This document shows positions 18,518-27,324 of a stretch of 40,492 bases of DNA, piece by piece. The DNA comes from Marinilabiliales bacterium. Lineage in GTDB: Bacteria > Bacteroidota > Bacteroidia > Bacteroidales > F082. The notes under the pieces are model-generated. The model was not told where the DNA came from. It did no database searches and saw nothing but the letters and a program-made list of their open reading frames with translations. The position numbers and the translations under genes are program-made. Position 1 is the first letter of the stretch. Each line of letters starts with the position of its first letter. The stretch spans positions 1 to 40,492 of the forward strand of contig PKSW01000392.1 in the NCBI GenBank assembly GCA_002869465.1, written 5' to 3'.

Positions 18518-18540
18518 GTGAAATATGGATTAATTAGTTG

Positions 18541-18548
18541 CAAATCTA
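18541..18548 (-). promoter_or_regulatory. -7 promoter box TAGATTTG for cdsA-psd
   Basis: Plus strand caaatcta, 23 nt upstream of the start at 18517. Confidence 0.45.
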
Positions 18549-18573
18549 TAAAATTTGTGCTTATTTCTTATCT

Positions 18574-18604
18574 CAGCATGAATGTGCTATATTCATTCAT
18601 GCTG
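18574..18604. repeat. perfect 11-bp inverted repeat CAGCATGAATG-N9-CATTCATGCTG
   Basis: Read directly: left arm 18574-18584, 9-nt loop TGCTATATT, right arm 18594-18604. No flanking T-tract on either strand, so it is not a canonical terminator. Confidence 0.6.
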
Positions 18605-18691
18605 CAGACGAATGGTTTAAGGCTTTATGATCAGGATTTTGAACTGGATAAATGAATTGGAAATTCAGATGTTTAATGTAGGAGCTTTTAT

Positions 18692-18699
18692 TATTTTTG
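18692..18699 (+). promoter_or_regulatory. -7 promoter box TATTTTTG for ffh
   Basis: Exact TAnnTTTG, 22 nt before the ATG at 18722. Confidence 0.45.
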
Positions 18700-18721
18700 C
18701 AGCCTAAAATTATATGATACT

Positions 18722-20053
18722 ATGTTTGAAGGATTAAGTGACAGGCTTGAGAAATCATTTAAAATATTAAAAGGTCAGGGGCGTATTTCAGAAATTAACG
18801 TAGCTGAATCCATTAAAGAGATTCGGAAAGCGCTGATTGAAGCGGACGTCAGTTATAAAATTGCCAAGGATTTTACCAATGAGGTAAAAGAAAAAGCATT
18901 GGGCCAGAATGTACTTCAGGCGGTTAAGCCTGGCGAACTCATGGTAAAAATAGTCCATGACGAACTGGCCGAACTAATGGGCGGTGAGCAGGTGGATATT
19001 CAAATTAATGCCAATCCTACAGTTATCCTGGTAGCCGGATTACAAGGTTCGGGTAAAACGACATTTTCGGCAAAACTGGCCAATTACCTCAAGACCAAAA
19101 AAGGCAAGCATCCATTATTGGTAGCAGGCGACGTATACAGACCGGCAGCTATCAATCAACTCCAGGTGCTGGGCGAGCAGATCAACGTAGATGTTTTCAC
19201 CGAAGAGGAAAATAAAAACCCGGTTCAGATTGCTGCCAACGCCATCAAATACGCCAAAAGCAATGCGAAAAACGTTGTTATTGTGGATACGGCAGGACGA
19301 TTGGCGGTGGATGAAGTAATGATGAAAGAAATCAGATCCGTAAAGGATGCCATCAATCCCCATGAAATCCTTTTTGTTGTGGATGCCATGACCGGACAGG
19401 ATGCAGTAAACACAGCCAAAGCGTTTAATGACGAGCTTGATTTCGATGGAGTGGTCTTGACAAAATTAGACGGCGATACAAGGGGGGGGGCAGCGCTTAC
19501 CATTAAAGCTGTTGTCGATAAACCGATCAAGTTCGTGGGTATCGGTGAAAAGATGGACGCACTCGATTTGTTCCACCCAAGCCGGATGGCCGACAGGATA
19601 CTCGGTATGGGTGATATTATTACACTGGTTGAGAAAGCTCAGGAACAATTCGACGAAGAAGAAGCCAGAAGAATTCAGAAGAAAATTGCCAAGAACCAGT
19701 TCAATTTCAATGACTTCCTGAAGCAAATCCAGCAGATTAAAAAAATGGGGAATGTAAAAGACCTCATGGGCATGATCCCCGGTATGGGCAAAGCTTTGAA
19801 AGATACAGAAATTGACGATGATGCTTTTAAAGGTATCGAAGCTATTATTTATTCGATGACGCCCGAAGAAAGAGAAAATCCGAAAATATTAAGTGGATCC
19901 CGCAGAAAGAGGATCGCTATTGGAAGTGGGAATGATATTCAGGAAGTGAACCGTTTGATCAAGCAATTTGCCGAAACCAGCAAAATGATGAAAATGATGT
20001 CGTCAGGTGGTGGCCGCGGATTATCCCAAATGATGAAGGGAATTAAAAAATAA
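18722..20053 (+). CDS. ffh: signal recognition particle protein Ffh
   Basis: GLQGSGKTT, DTAGR, TKLDGDTRGGAAL, and a Met-rich M domain (MGNVKDLMGMIPGMG ... KMMKMMSSGG). Confidence 0.97.
   Translation: MFEGLSDRLEKSFKILKGQGRISEINVAESIKEIRKALIEADVSYKIAKDFTNEVKEKALGQNVLQAVKPGELMVKIVHDELAELMGGEQVDIQINANPTVILVAGLQGSGKTTFSAKLANYLKTKKGKHPLLVAGDVYRPAAINQLQVLGEQINVDVFTEEENKNPVQIAANAIKYAKSNAKNVVIVDTAGRLAVDEVMMKEIRSVKDAINPHEILFVVDAMTGQDAVNTAKAFNDELDFDGVVLTKLDGDTRGGAALTIKAVVDKPIKFVGIGEKMDALDLFHPSRMADRILGMGDIITLVEKAQEQFDEEEARRIQKKIAKNQFNFNDFLKQIQQIKKMGNVKDLMGMIPGMGKALKDTEIDDDAFKGIEAIIYSMTPEERENPKILSGSRRKRIAIGSGNDIQEVNRLIKQFAETSKMMKMMSSGGGRGLSQMMKGIKK
19482..19490 (+). repeat. G9 homopolymer inside ffh
   Basis: aca AGG GGG GGG Gca encodes T-R-G-G-A of the conserved DGDTRGGAAL motif. 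It is the longest G/C run I saw in the window. Confidence 0.9.
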
Positions 20054-20095
20054 AGACTGTCGATTTAAATAACACACGCTAAAAGCAGCAGTTGC

Positions 20096-20992
20096 ATGTC
20101 AAAAAACAAAAAAGTAAAGATAATTGATGGAAAATTTACGGCACAAGCCATCAAAGAAGAAATAAAAAAAGAAGTGGCCGCAATGATCGATAATGATGCT
20201 GATGCTCCTCACTTGGCAGCAATTCTGGTGGGCGACGATCCAGCAAGTCAAACTTATGTAGCCAGTAAAGAGAAAGCAGCGCTACTCGTAGGTATCACTT
20301 CATCAGTATATAAATTTCAAAGTGATACTGCAGAAGAAGAAATACTGCAAACCATCCAGTATTTAAACAACGACCCTGAAATTGATGGTTTTATAGTGCA
20401 ACTGCCTTTACCCGAACATATTGATGTAGACAAAGTGTTAAATACGATTGACCCTTCCAAAGATGTGGATGGCTTCCATCCGGTTAATGTTGGAAGAATG
20501 ACGCTTGGGTTACCTGCTTTTATTTCAGCAACACCCGCGGGCATTCTTGAACTATTGGAACGATACAAAATTGATACAGTAGGAAAACATTGCGTTGTGC
20601 TAGGCAGGTCGAATATTGTCGGATCGCCCATGAGCATCTTAATGGCCAAAAAGGCCAATCCGGGAAACTCCACCGTAACCATTTGTCATAGTCGTACTGA
20701 GGACATCGAAAAATACATCAGGAGTGCTGATATTTTAATTTGTGCCATCGGACAGCCGCAATTTGTAAAAGCGGATATGGTGAAAGAAGGAGCCGTTGTA
20801 ATTGATGTGGGAATTCACAGGATTCCGGCAGATAATGAAAAAGGTTATCGGATTGTGGGTGATGTGGATTTTGAAGAAGTTTCCAAAAAAGCTTCTCATA
20901 TAACACCTGTTCCTGGCGGTGTTGGCCCCATGACGATTGCCATGCTGCTGAAAAACACACTTCTTGCTGCTAAAAAGGAATATTATAAATAG
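20096..20992 (+). CDS. folD: bifunctional methylenetetrahydrofolate dehydrogenase/methenyl-THF cyclohydrolase
   Basis: LAAILVGDDPASQTYV, VQLPLP, GRSNIVGSPM, PVPGGVGPMT. Confidence 0.95.
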   Translation: MSKNKKVKIIDGKFTAQAIKEEIKKEVAAMIDNDADAPHLAAILVGDDPASQTYVASKEKAALLVGITSSVYKFQSDTAEEEILQTIQYLNNDPEIDGFIVQLPLPEHIDVDKVLNTIDPSKDVDGFHPVNVGRMTLGLPAFISATPAGILELLERYKIDTVGKHCVVLGRSNIVGSPMSILMAKKANPGNSTVTICHSRTEDIEKYIRSADILICAIGQPQFVKADMVKEGAVVIDVGIHRIPADNEKGYRIVGDVDFEEVSKKASHITPVPGGVGPMTIAMLLKNTLLAAKKEYYK

Positions 20993-22028
20993 AAATATAT
21001 TACAGTTTGTTTTGCTAAGATTTACGCTTTCTTTTCTCATATTTTGGCTGTTTGCTTCAACTGGGATTGCACAGCAAAAACTTGGTTGTACAGATCAGGA
21101 AGCTAAAAACTTTGATCCGTCAGCGAATTGGAATGATGGTTCGTGCAAGTATAAAACCACCATTTATAATCCGCCTTTTAAATATTTTCTGCCCGATGAA
21201 GTAAGTGAAACCTCAGGACTGATCTATCATGAGAATGCGCTTTGGACCATCAATGATAGTGGCAATGCGCCTGTTTTATACAAACTTTCGCCTGAAACAG
21301 GGGTAGTATTACAACGCGTCCAAATAACAAATGTGACGAATAAAGACTGGGAAGACCTTGCGCAGGATGAAGAACACATCTATATCGGTGATTTTGGAAA
21401 CAATATGGGCAAAAGGAGCAAGCTTAAAATTCTTATTTTAGAAAAAAGTAATATTCCTATTTCAGGCGATACAAGTCTTACAGTTCAATTCATCGAATTC
21501 TCCTATCCGGATTTTCCAGAGAAACCAATCAAGAAAAAAAATAACAATTTCGATTGTGAAACCCTGATTTGCATTAACGATTCCTTATATATTTTTACAA
21601 AGAACAGGGGCGACCAGCAAACCAAATTGTATCGTTTACCAAAAGTAGCAGGCGTCTATCAGGCTCAATACATGAAGACTTTCGATTCGAAAGGATTGAT
21701 AACCGGGGCCGATTATAATTCTAAAAACAAAGAAGTTATTTTATTAGGTTACACTGATAAAACCTGGCAACCATTCGTCTGGCTATTATTTGATTACAAA
21801 GAAAATAATCTGTTCTCTGGCAACAAGAGGCGTATCGATATGCTGAATATACCTGCCACGCAAACAGAAGGCATTGCATACATAAATGGCGAAAACTGCG
21901 TTATTACATCCGAAGGGCATCCATTGTTTTCGCAAACAGCATATGATTTTAGCACCGAAAAATGGATCAGGAAAAGTGTAGTAAGAAATAAAAAGAAGAT
22001 ATTAAAAACAACCCAAAGTGAAGATTGA
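20964..22028 (+). CDS. secreted hypothetical protein, probable beta-propeller (SdiA-regulated/phytase-like) with an N-terminal Cys-bounded module
   Basis: Signal peptide ...FLIFWLFASTGIAQQ. Cys-x18-Cys module CTDQEAKNFDPSANWNDGSC (21087-21146), then ETSGLIYHENALWTINDSG and IYIGDFGNN motifs. The start is uncertain: TTG 20964 overlaps folD by 29 nt, and an in-frame TTG at 21012 lies after the folD stop and still gives a signal peptide. Confidence 0.55.
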   Translation: MLLKRNIINRNILQFVLLRFTLSFLIFWLFASTGIAQQKLGCTDQEAKNFDPSANWNDGSCKYKTTIYNPPFKYFLPDEVSETSGLIYHENALWTINDSGNAPVLYKLSPETGVVLQRVQITNVTNKDWEDLAQDEEHIYIGDFGNNMGKRSKLKILILEKSNIPISGDTSLTVQFIEFSYPDFPEKPIKKKNNNFDCETLICINDSLYIFTKNRGDQQTKLYRLPKVAGVYQAQYMKTFDSKGLITGADYNSKNKEVILLGYTDKTWQPFVWLLFDYKENNLFSGNKRRIDMLNIPATQTEGIAYINGENCVITSEGHPLFSQTAYDFSTEKWIRKSVVRNKKKILKTTQSED

Positions 22029-22653
22029 TAAATCAGACCAGATTTTTGAAGGCGGCAGGAAGTTACCCATCATGGAGGACTTTTACACTCTCCAGGGCGA
22101 AGGATATAATATGGGTAAAGCAGCTTACTTTGTGAGGATAGGTGGTTGTGATGTCGGCTGTTCGTGGTGCGACACAAAACAATCATGGAATGCAAGATTG
22201 TTCCCTCCGGTTGCCATCGAAGATATTATATCGAAAGCTACAAATATGCCGGCTAAAACAATCGTTGTAACGGGTGGTGAGCCTTCATTATATCCGTTGG
22301 ACTATTTTACCGATCGCCTGAGAAGGGAAGGGGTAAAAACCATGGTTGAAACTTCCGGTGCTTACGAACTTACCGGCACCTGGGACTGGGTCTGCCTATC
22401 GCCTAAAAAACAATCACCTCCGCTACAACAAAACCTTGATCGGGCTGACGAACTTAAGGTGATCATCCAAAAAGAAGAAGATTTAAGGTGGGCCGAAGCA
22501 AATGCATCCAAAGTGAATCCGGAATGCTTGCTATTTTTACAACCTGAATGGAGCAAACGGGATGAAATCATGGATACATTGACGAATTATGTGATGGCAA
22601 ATACCCAATGGAGTATCTCATTGCAGGCACATAAGTATATGAGAATTCCCTAA
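22018..22653 (+). CDS. queE: 7-carboxy-7-deazaguanine synthase (radical SAM)
   Basis: LPIMEDFYTLQGEGYNMGKAAYFVRIGGCDVGCSWCDTKQSW (CX3CX2C cluster). GTG start overlapping the upstream ORF by 11 nt. An ATG at 22072 is an alternative, but the longer form fits the usual N-terminus. Confidence 0.88.
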   Translation: MKIDKSDQIFEGGRKLPIMEDFYTLQGEGYNMGKAAYFVRIGGCDVGCSWCDTKQSWNARLFPPVAIEDIISKATNMPAKTIVVTGGEPSLYPLDYFTDRLRREGVKTMVETSGAYELTGTWDWVCLSPKKQSPPLQQNLDRADELKVIIQKEEDLRWAEANASKVNPECLLFLQPEWSKRDEIMDTLTNYVMANTQWSISLQAHKYMRIP

Positions 22654-22658
22654 AATCA

Positions 22659-24593
22659 ATGGCACGAATCGCTGCAATACTAACTTTACTATGGCTATCA
22701 GTTGCTTTTTATTCCGCTTCTGCCCAGGGTACGAAATCATCAACAACACATAAAAAAGCTATAAAACTTTATCAAAGTGCCGGCAAATCATTCATTCTCG
22801 GTGAAACAGATGAGGCAAAAAAGCTTTTGCTTGAAGCAATTGATAAAGACCCTGGATTTGCGGAAGCCTGGGTATTATTGGGTGACGTGAATACAGATTT
22901 AAATTTGCCTGACGAAGCAACAACAGCCTACAAAAAAGCATTAGAAATCAACCCTTCATCATTTTATTACACCAATTATTTAATTGGAAACCTGGAATTT
23001 AGTATTGGCAATTACAAAAACGCTTTAGATTACTACAAAACGTACTTAAAGACCGGGAATCTTACCACGGAAGAAATACAAGATACAAAAAGAAAGCTAA
23101 AAAATACGGAAATCGCCTTAAAGATCAAAGGGAACCCTTTGGATATTCAGGTAATTCGATTGGGCCAACAGATTAACAGCCCATCCGATGAATATGTCAA
23201 TTTTGTGGATGAAAAATCTGAATTCCTGTATCTGACCAGGAAGGAAAAAAATCAAGATTACCAAAAAGATGGGAATCCTTTCAGGGAGAACTTTTATTAT
23301 TCTTCATTTGAGAACAATCAATGGGATAGCTTAACACTTTTTCCACTTCCTGTTTCTAAAAATCTGAATACAGGTGCTATGAACTTTTCCATCGACAGAA
23401 GACAACTTTTTTTTACCGGTTGTTCATGGCCCAACAGTTTTGGTAGCTGCGACCTGTTCAAACTACAAAAGGAAGGCTCCATATGGACAAATGTGATCAA
23501 TCTGGGTAGCACCATCAATTCAAAATATTGGGATTCGCAAGCAGTTTTATCGTCCGATGGAAAAACACTTTATTTTGCTTCAAAAAGGAGTGGAGGAGCA
23601 GGCGGTTCCGATATCTGGAAATCAGAAATGCAAAAAGATGGCAGATGGGGACAGCCTGTCAACCTGGGAGATAGCATCAATACGCCGGGCAATGAAATGG
23701 CACCTTACATTCATGCCGACACCAAAACCTTTTATTTTTCCTCCGATGGACATGCCGGATTGGGTGGTTACGACTTGTTTATTTCAAGAATGCAAGACGA
23801 TGCCACCTGGGAAAAGGCTGTTAATCTGGGAAGCCCGGTCAACTCAAAAGCCAATGATATAAATATTTTTATACACATCGATGGCTCTCATGCATGGATC
23901 TCATCCGACAGGGAAGGAGGCTGCGGCGGATTTGACATCTATGAATTTGAAACTACACCCTACATCAAGCCACAACAGGTGGTTTATGTAAAAGGAACTG
24001 TCACTGATAAAACAAATAAAAAACCGTTACAGGCACATGTGGATTTAACCAATCTTGATCAGAACAAATCGGTTATTCTTATGCAATCCGATCCTCAAGA
24101 CGGGAGTTTTTTCATACCGGTTTACCCAGGAACTGAATATGCATTTAACATATCAAAAAACGGATACCTGTTCTATTCTGAAAATTATGATTTAAAGGAT
24201 ACTCTTCTGTTTACATCTATTGAAAAAATCTTTGAATTGACGCCTATTGAGCAAGGTAACTCAATGGTACTCAAAAACCTGTTCTTTGATTTTGACAGCG
24301 ACTCCATAAAACCATCTTCATATTCAGAGTTGTATCTACTTGTTGAATTACTGCATGAAAATCCTGAAATAAAGATATCAATTAACGGACACACAGATAG
24401 TGTCGGCAGCGATATTTATAATAAAACCTTATCTGAAAACAGGGCATTAGCCGTTCGTAATTACCTGATAAAAAGAGACATTGATACATCCAGGCTGTTT
24501 TCAAAAGGTTTTGGTGCTTCCCAACCTATTGAGCCTAACGAAACCCCTGAAGGCCGCGCCATCAACCGGCGAACTGAGATTGTGATTTTATAA
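22659..24593 (+). CDS. OmpA-family protein with TPR, TolB-like beta-propeller and OmpA C-terminal domains
   Basis: Signal peptide MARIAAILTLLWLSVAFYSASAQ. TPR (AEAWVLLGDVNTDLNLPDEATTAYKKALEINP). Repeated blades DGKTLYFASKRSGGAGGSDIW, TKTFYFSSDGHAGLGGYDLF, SHAWISSDREGGCGGFDIY. C-terminal NGHTDSVGS...NRALAVRNYL...NRRTEIVIL. Confidence 0.85.
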   Translation: MARIAAILTLLWLSVAFYSASAQGTKSSTTHKKAIKLYQSAGKSFILGETDEAKKLLLEAIDKDPGFAEAWVLLGDVNTDLNLPDEATTAYKKALEINPSSFYYTNYLIGNLEFSIGNYKNALDYYKTYLKTGNLTTEEIQDTKRKLKNTEIALKIKGNPLDIQVIRLGQQINSPSDEYVNFVDEKSEFLYLTRKEKNQDYQKDGNPFRENFYYSSFENNQWDSLTLFPLPVSKNLNTGAMNFSIDRRQLFFTGCSWPNSFGSCDLFKLQKEGSIWTNVINLGSTINSKYWDSQAVLSSDGKTLYFASKRSGGAGGSDIWKSEMQKDGRWGQPVNLGDSINTPGNEMAPYIHADTKTFYFSSDGHAGLGGYDLFISRMQDDATWEKAVNLGSPVNSKANDINIFIHIDGSHAWISSDREGGCGGFDIYEFETTPYIKPQQVVYVKGTVTDKTNKKPLQAHVDLTNLDQNKSVILMQSDPQDGSFFIPVYPGTEYAFNISKNGYLFYSENYDLKDTLLFTSIEKIFELTPIEQGNSMVLKNLFFDFDSDSIKPSSYSELYLLVELLHENPEIKISINGHTDSVGSDIYNKTLSENRALAVRNYLIKRDIDTSRLFSKGFGASQPIEPNETPEGRAINRRTEIVIL

Positions 24594-24631
24594 ACATTTT
24601 TAATAAAATTGCATTTACCTCCCTTTTTGTA

Positions 24632-24639
24632 TAAATTTG
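24632..24639 (+). promoter_or_regulatory. -7 promoter box TAAATTTG for the M28 peptidase gene
   Basis: Exact TAnnTTTG, 32 nt before the ATG at 24672. It lies inside the longer 24609 ORF, which argues for the 24672 start. Confidence 0.4.
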
Positions 24640-24671
24640 ATTGGTCAATTTTCACTTCTAAATCGCCAGCC

Positions 24672-25928
24672 ATGAGAAAAATTTCCTGCTACTTCATGAT
24701 CATTATTACAGCTATTTGCTTCACCTTTTCAGGAATTATGGTAAAAGCCAACCAACACCTGAATGTCTATAACCCTGATTCAATTATACATCAGTATTTG
24801 AACCAGGTAAATACGGATAGCGTGGAAGCTTACATCCAGTTTCTGCAGGATATGGAAACCCGTTTTTTAATAGCACCTAACAGAAAAGACAATGCAGAAT
24901 CTATACAACAGAAGTTTTATGATTTAGGTATTGAACAAGTAAGAATTGATTCATTTCAATGTGCAACTCAAATTGATTATGCTAATTTACATTTTGATAC
25001 CATCACATGGCAATATAACGTGATTGCATCATTACCGGGCATTTCAAACTCCAATATTCACTGGATTGTTGGTGCGCATTATGATGATGTCGTTGCTCCT
25101 AACGGAGATCCGATGATATTAGCACCAGGGGCTGATGATAATGCTTCCGGTGTCGCAGCCCTATTTGAATCGGCTCGTATTTTATGTCAAAACCAGTTTT
25201 ACCCGGTTCATACAATTGACTTTATTGCCTTCGCTGCTGAAGAATTAATGCATTATGGAAATAGTGGCGCACAATCATTCGTTGATTCTCTGCCTTCTGA
25301 AGCTACAATAGAGTTAATGATCAACAATGACATGATCGCCCATACCTCAAGCAATGACTGGGAGATAAAACTATCCAATTATGTGGGCGCCGAATGGTTG
25401 ACAAATATAGCAGAACAGCTTACATATCAATATACGGATATTGATCCTGTTGTGGCAGCACCCTCCACCGAGGGAAGCGCCGATTGCAAATATTTTGTTG
25501 AAGCGGGTATTCCCTCTATTTATTTTATGGAAAAAGATTTTAATCCCTTTTATCACTCAAATAATGACCTGGTTGAAAATTGCGACTTGAATTATTGCGC
25601 TGAAGCCATAAAAATCACATTGGGCACTTTGTTGCAGGTAAATGATTCAATTATTACTGGTAGTTCAGCCCAGGCAGAAAATCATTTCTCAGTATACCCA
25701 AATCCAACAACCGGATTGTTAAATGTGGAATTTAATTTAAACTCTGGGAATAGAGAAATAAAATATTTTATTACTAATATTCAGGGGCAGGTTGTTCAAA
25801 CAGGTTTCCTTTACGTAAATGTTGTAAATACTATACAGATAAATTCTTTGAATAGAGGTCTTTATTTTATATCCACGGAGAATAAGGGAGAAATTAAGCG
25901 TTCAAAAATTATTCTGACCAAGAATTAG
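24672..25928 (+). CDS. M28-family aminopeptidase with T9SS C-terminal sorting domain
   Basis: Start at MRKISCYFMIIITAICF (signal). GAHYDDV, PGADDNASGVAALFE, AAEE. C-terminal FSVYPNPTTGLLNVEF...GLYFISTENKGEIKRSKIIL is typical of a T9SS CTD. Confidence 0.85.
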   Translation: MRKISCYFMIIITAICFTFSGIMVKANQHLNVYNPDSIIHQYLNQVNTDSVEAYIQFLQDMETRFLIAPNRKDNAESIQQKFYDLGIEQVRIDSFQCATQIDYANLHFDTITWQYNVIASLPGISNSNIHWIVGAHYDDVVAPNGDPMILAPGADDNASGVAALFESARILCQNQFYPVHTIDFIAFAAEELMHYGNSGAQSFVDSLPSEATIELMINNDMIAHTSSNDWEIKLSNYVGAEWLTNIAEQLTYQYTDIDPVVAAPSTEGSADCKYFVEAGIPSIYFMEKDFNPFYHSNNDLVENCDLNYCAEAIKITLGTLLQVNDSIITGSSAQAENHFSVYPNPTTGLLNVEFNLNSGNREIKYFITNIQGQVVQTGFLYVNVVNTIQINSLNRGLYFISTENKGEIKRSKIILTKN

Positions 25929-26685
25929 GAATATCGAGTTCAAGTCCATCATATGCCAGGCGAATAAAACCGGGTAATTCTTTTTCAACCTCTTCATGAA
26001 AACCCATCAAGTGGCTTATATGAGTCAGGTAAGCCTTTTCGGGTCGAAGAAATTCCAAAACCCGAACCGCTTCCTCTAAATTATAATGAGACACATGTGG
26101 CTCTTTGCGAAGTGCATTCAACACGATTACTTTACAATCCATCAATTTGGCCATCGTTTCCGCCGGAATAAAATTCGCATCAGTTATATAGGCGAAATCA
26201 CCAATTTTATAACCATACACCTCCATTTTCATATGCAGCACAGGCAATACTTCTATATCTGCACCATTAATTCGTATTCCCTGTTGAATATTATGCAAAT
26301 TAATTACAGGAACCCCTGGATATAAATACTCCCGGAAAGCATATGAAAACTCTTGCTTAATGGTTTCCTGGTCCCTGACGCTTGCATAAATATCCATGGG
26401 ACGCTTCTGTAAATAATTGTATGAGCGCACATCATCCAGACCCGCGATATGGTCTTTATGGCTGTGTGTAATTAGTATGGCGTCCAGCAATTTCACATCT
26501 TCTCTAAGCATCTGGTAGCGAAAATCTGGGCCTGCATCAATAACAATATTACTTTTTTTCAATTGCACCAATACTGAAGACCGAAGTCGTTTATCTTTTG
26601 CTGAATCACTTTTGCATACCCTGCAAGGGCATGCAATTACCGGAACGCCCTGTGATGTTCCCGTCCCTAAAAATGTGATCTTCAT
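25909..26685 (-). CDS. MBL-fold metallo-hydrolase (PhnP-like)
   Basis: MKITFLGTGTSQGVP, Cys cluster ACPCRVCKS, ITHSHKDHIAGLDD (HxHxDH). Confidence 0.85.
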   Translation of the reverse strand: MKITFLGTGTSQGVPVIACPCRVCKSDSAKDKRLRSSVLVQLKKSNIVIDAGPDFRYQMLREDVKLLDAILITHSHKDHIAGLDDVRSYNYLQKRPMDIYASVRDQETIKQEFSYAFREYLYPGVPVINLHNIQQGIRINGADIEVLPVLHMKMEVYGYKIGDFAYITDANFIPAETMAKLMDCKVIVLNALRKEPHVSHYNLEEAVRVLEFLRPEKAYLTHISHLMGFHEEVEKELPGFIRLAYDGLELDIPNSWSE

Positions 26686-26707
26686 GTATTGTTTAGTTGA
26701 ATTGATT

Positions 26708-26715
26708 CAAAGGTA
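26708..26715 (-). promoter_or_regulatory. -7 promoter box TACCTTTG for the MBL-fold gene
   Basis: Plus strand caaaggta, 22 nt upstream of the ATG at 26685. Confidence 0.4.
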
Positions 26716-26742
26716 TGAAAATGTATATTCTCATCATATTTC

Positions 26743-27324
26743 TTGCTATTTTTACGCTCGATTTTATCCATGGGGCTGACACAACAAATAAAAAAAGAAA
26801 TTCAGGATTACTTCATCAGGCGATTGCAGGCTGAAGAAACGCTGGTTGCAAGATTTGAAAACCTGAAACTTGCTACCAGTTTATCCATGTTTTTTTGTAT
26901 AAATAGTAAGGAAGAATTGGATCTTATCAGGCAGTTAACATTTAAAGCCGGAAAGGACTATAAAAAACTGGATGTTTACATTTTTGGCAACTCACATGAA
27001 TCGTATGATGTGATTACCAACAAATCAATCTTCTTTTTTAACCTTGACGACTTCACTATTTTTGGTAAAAAGAAAGAACGACTTGCTGATTTTATTGAGA
27101 ATAAGCGTCACGATATACTTATTAGCTTTGATACATCGGGTTCAACTTTTTGTCAATATTTGGTTTCAAATATTAAAGCAGGTTTTAAAATTGGATTAAA
27201 TCTTCCTGAGGAAAATAATATTTATAACCTTTCTTTTGATTATATCAAGAAAGATTTCTCATATATGAAGTTTTATGAACAGGTTAAGCATTACATTTCT
27301 GTTCTGAATATAAAAACAACCTAA
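26743..27324 (+). CDS. hypothetical cytoplasmic protein, translationally coupled to dapA
   Basis: TTG start in the ORF track. An internal ATG (MGLTQQIKKE) near 26770 is an equally plausible start. No signal peptide and no recognised motif. Its stop overlaps the dapA ATG (TAATG). Confidence 0.55.
   Translation: MLFLRSILSMGLTQQIKKEIQDYFIRRLQAEETLVARFENLKLATSLSMFFCINSKEELDLIRQLTFKAGKDYKKLDVYIFGNSHESYDVITNKSIFFFNLDDFTIFGKKKERLADFIENKRHDILISFDTSGSTFCQYLVSNIKAGFKIGLNLPEENNIYNLSFDYIKKDFSYMKFYEQVKHYISVLNIKTT

Noticed and set aside
18578-18655. 25-codon ORF (MNVLYSFMLQTNGLRLYDQDFELDK) in the cdsA/ffh spacer
   Set aside because: Its ATG is buried in the left arm of the inverted repeat. There is no promoter box in front and I cannot assess conservation. 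It is kept only as a note under the inverted-repeat finding.
17446-24673. Shadow ORFs within psd, ffh, folD, queE and the OmpA-family gene (17446.., 19115.., 19225.., 19466.., 19512.., 20317.., 20718.., 20735.., 22362.., 23318.., 23557.., 24185.., 24461..)
   Set aside because: Same reasoning. The 121-aa and 101-aa examples are antisense to highly conserved enzymes and look compositionally random.
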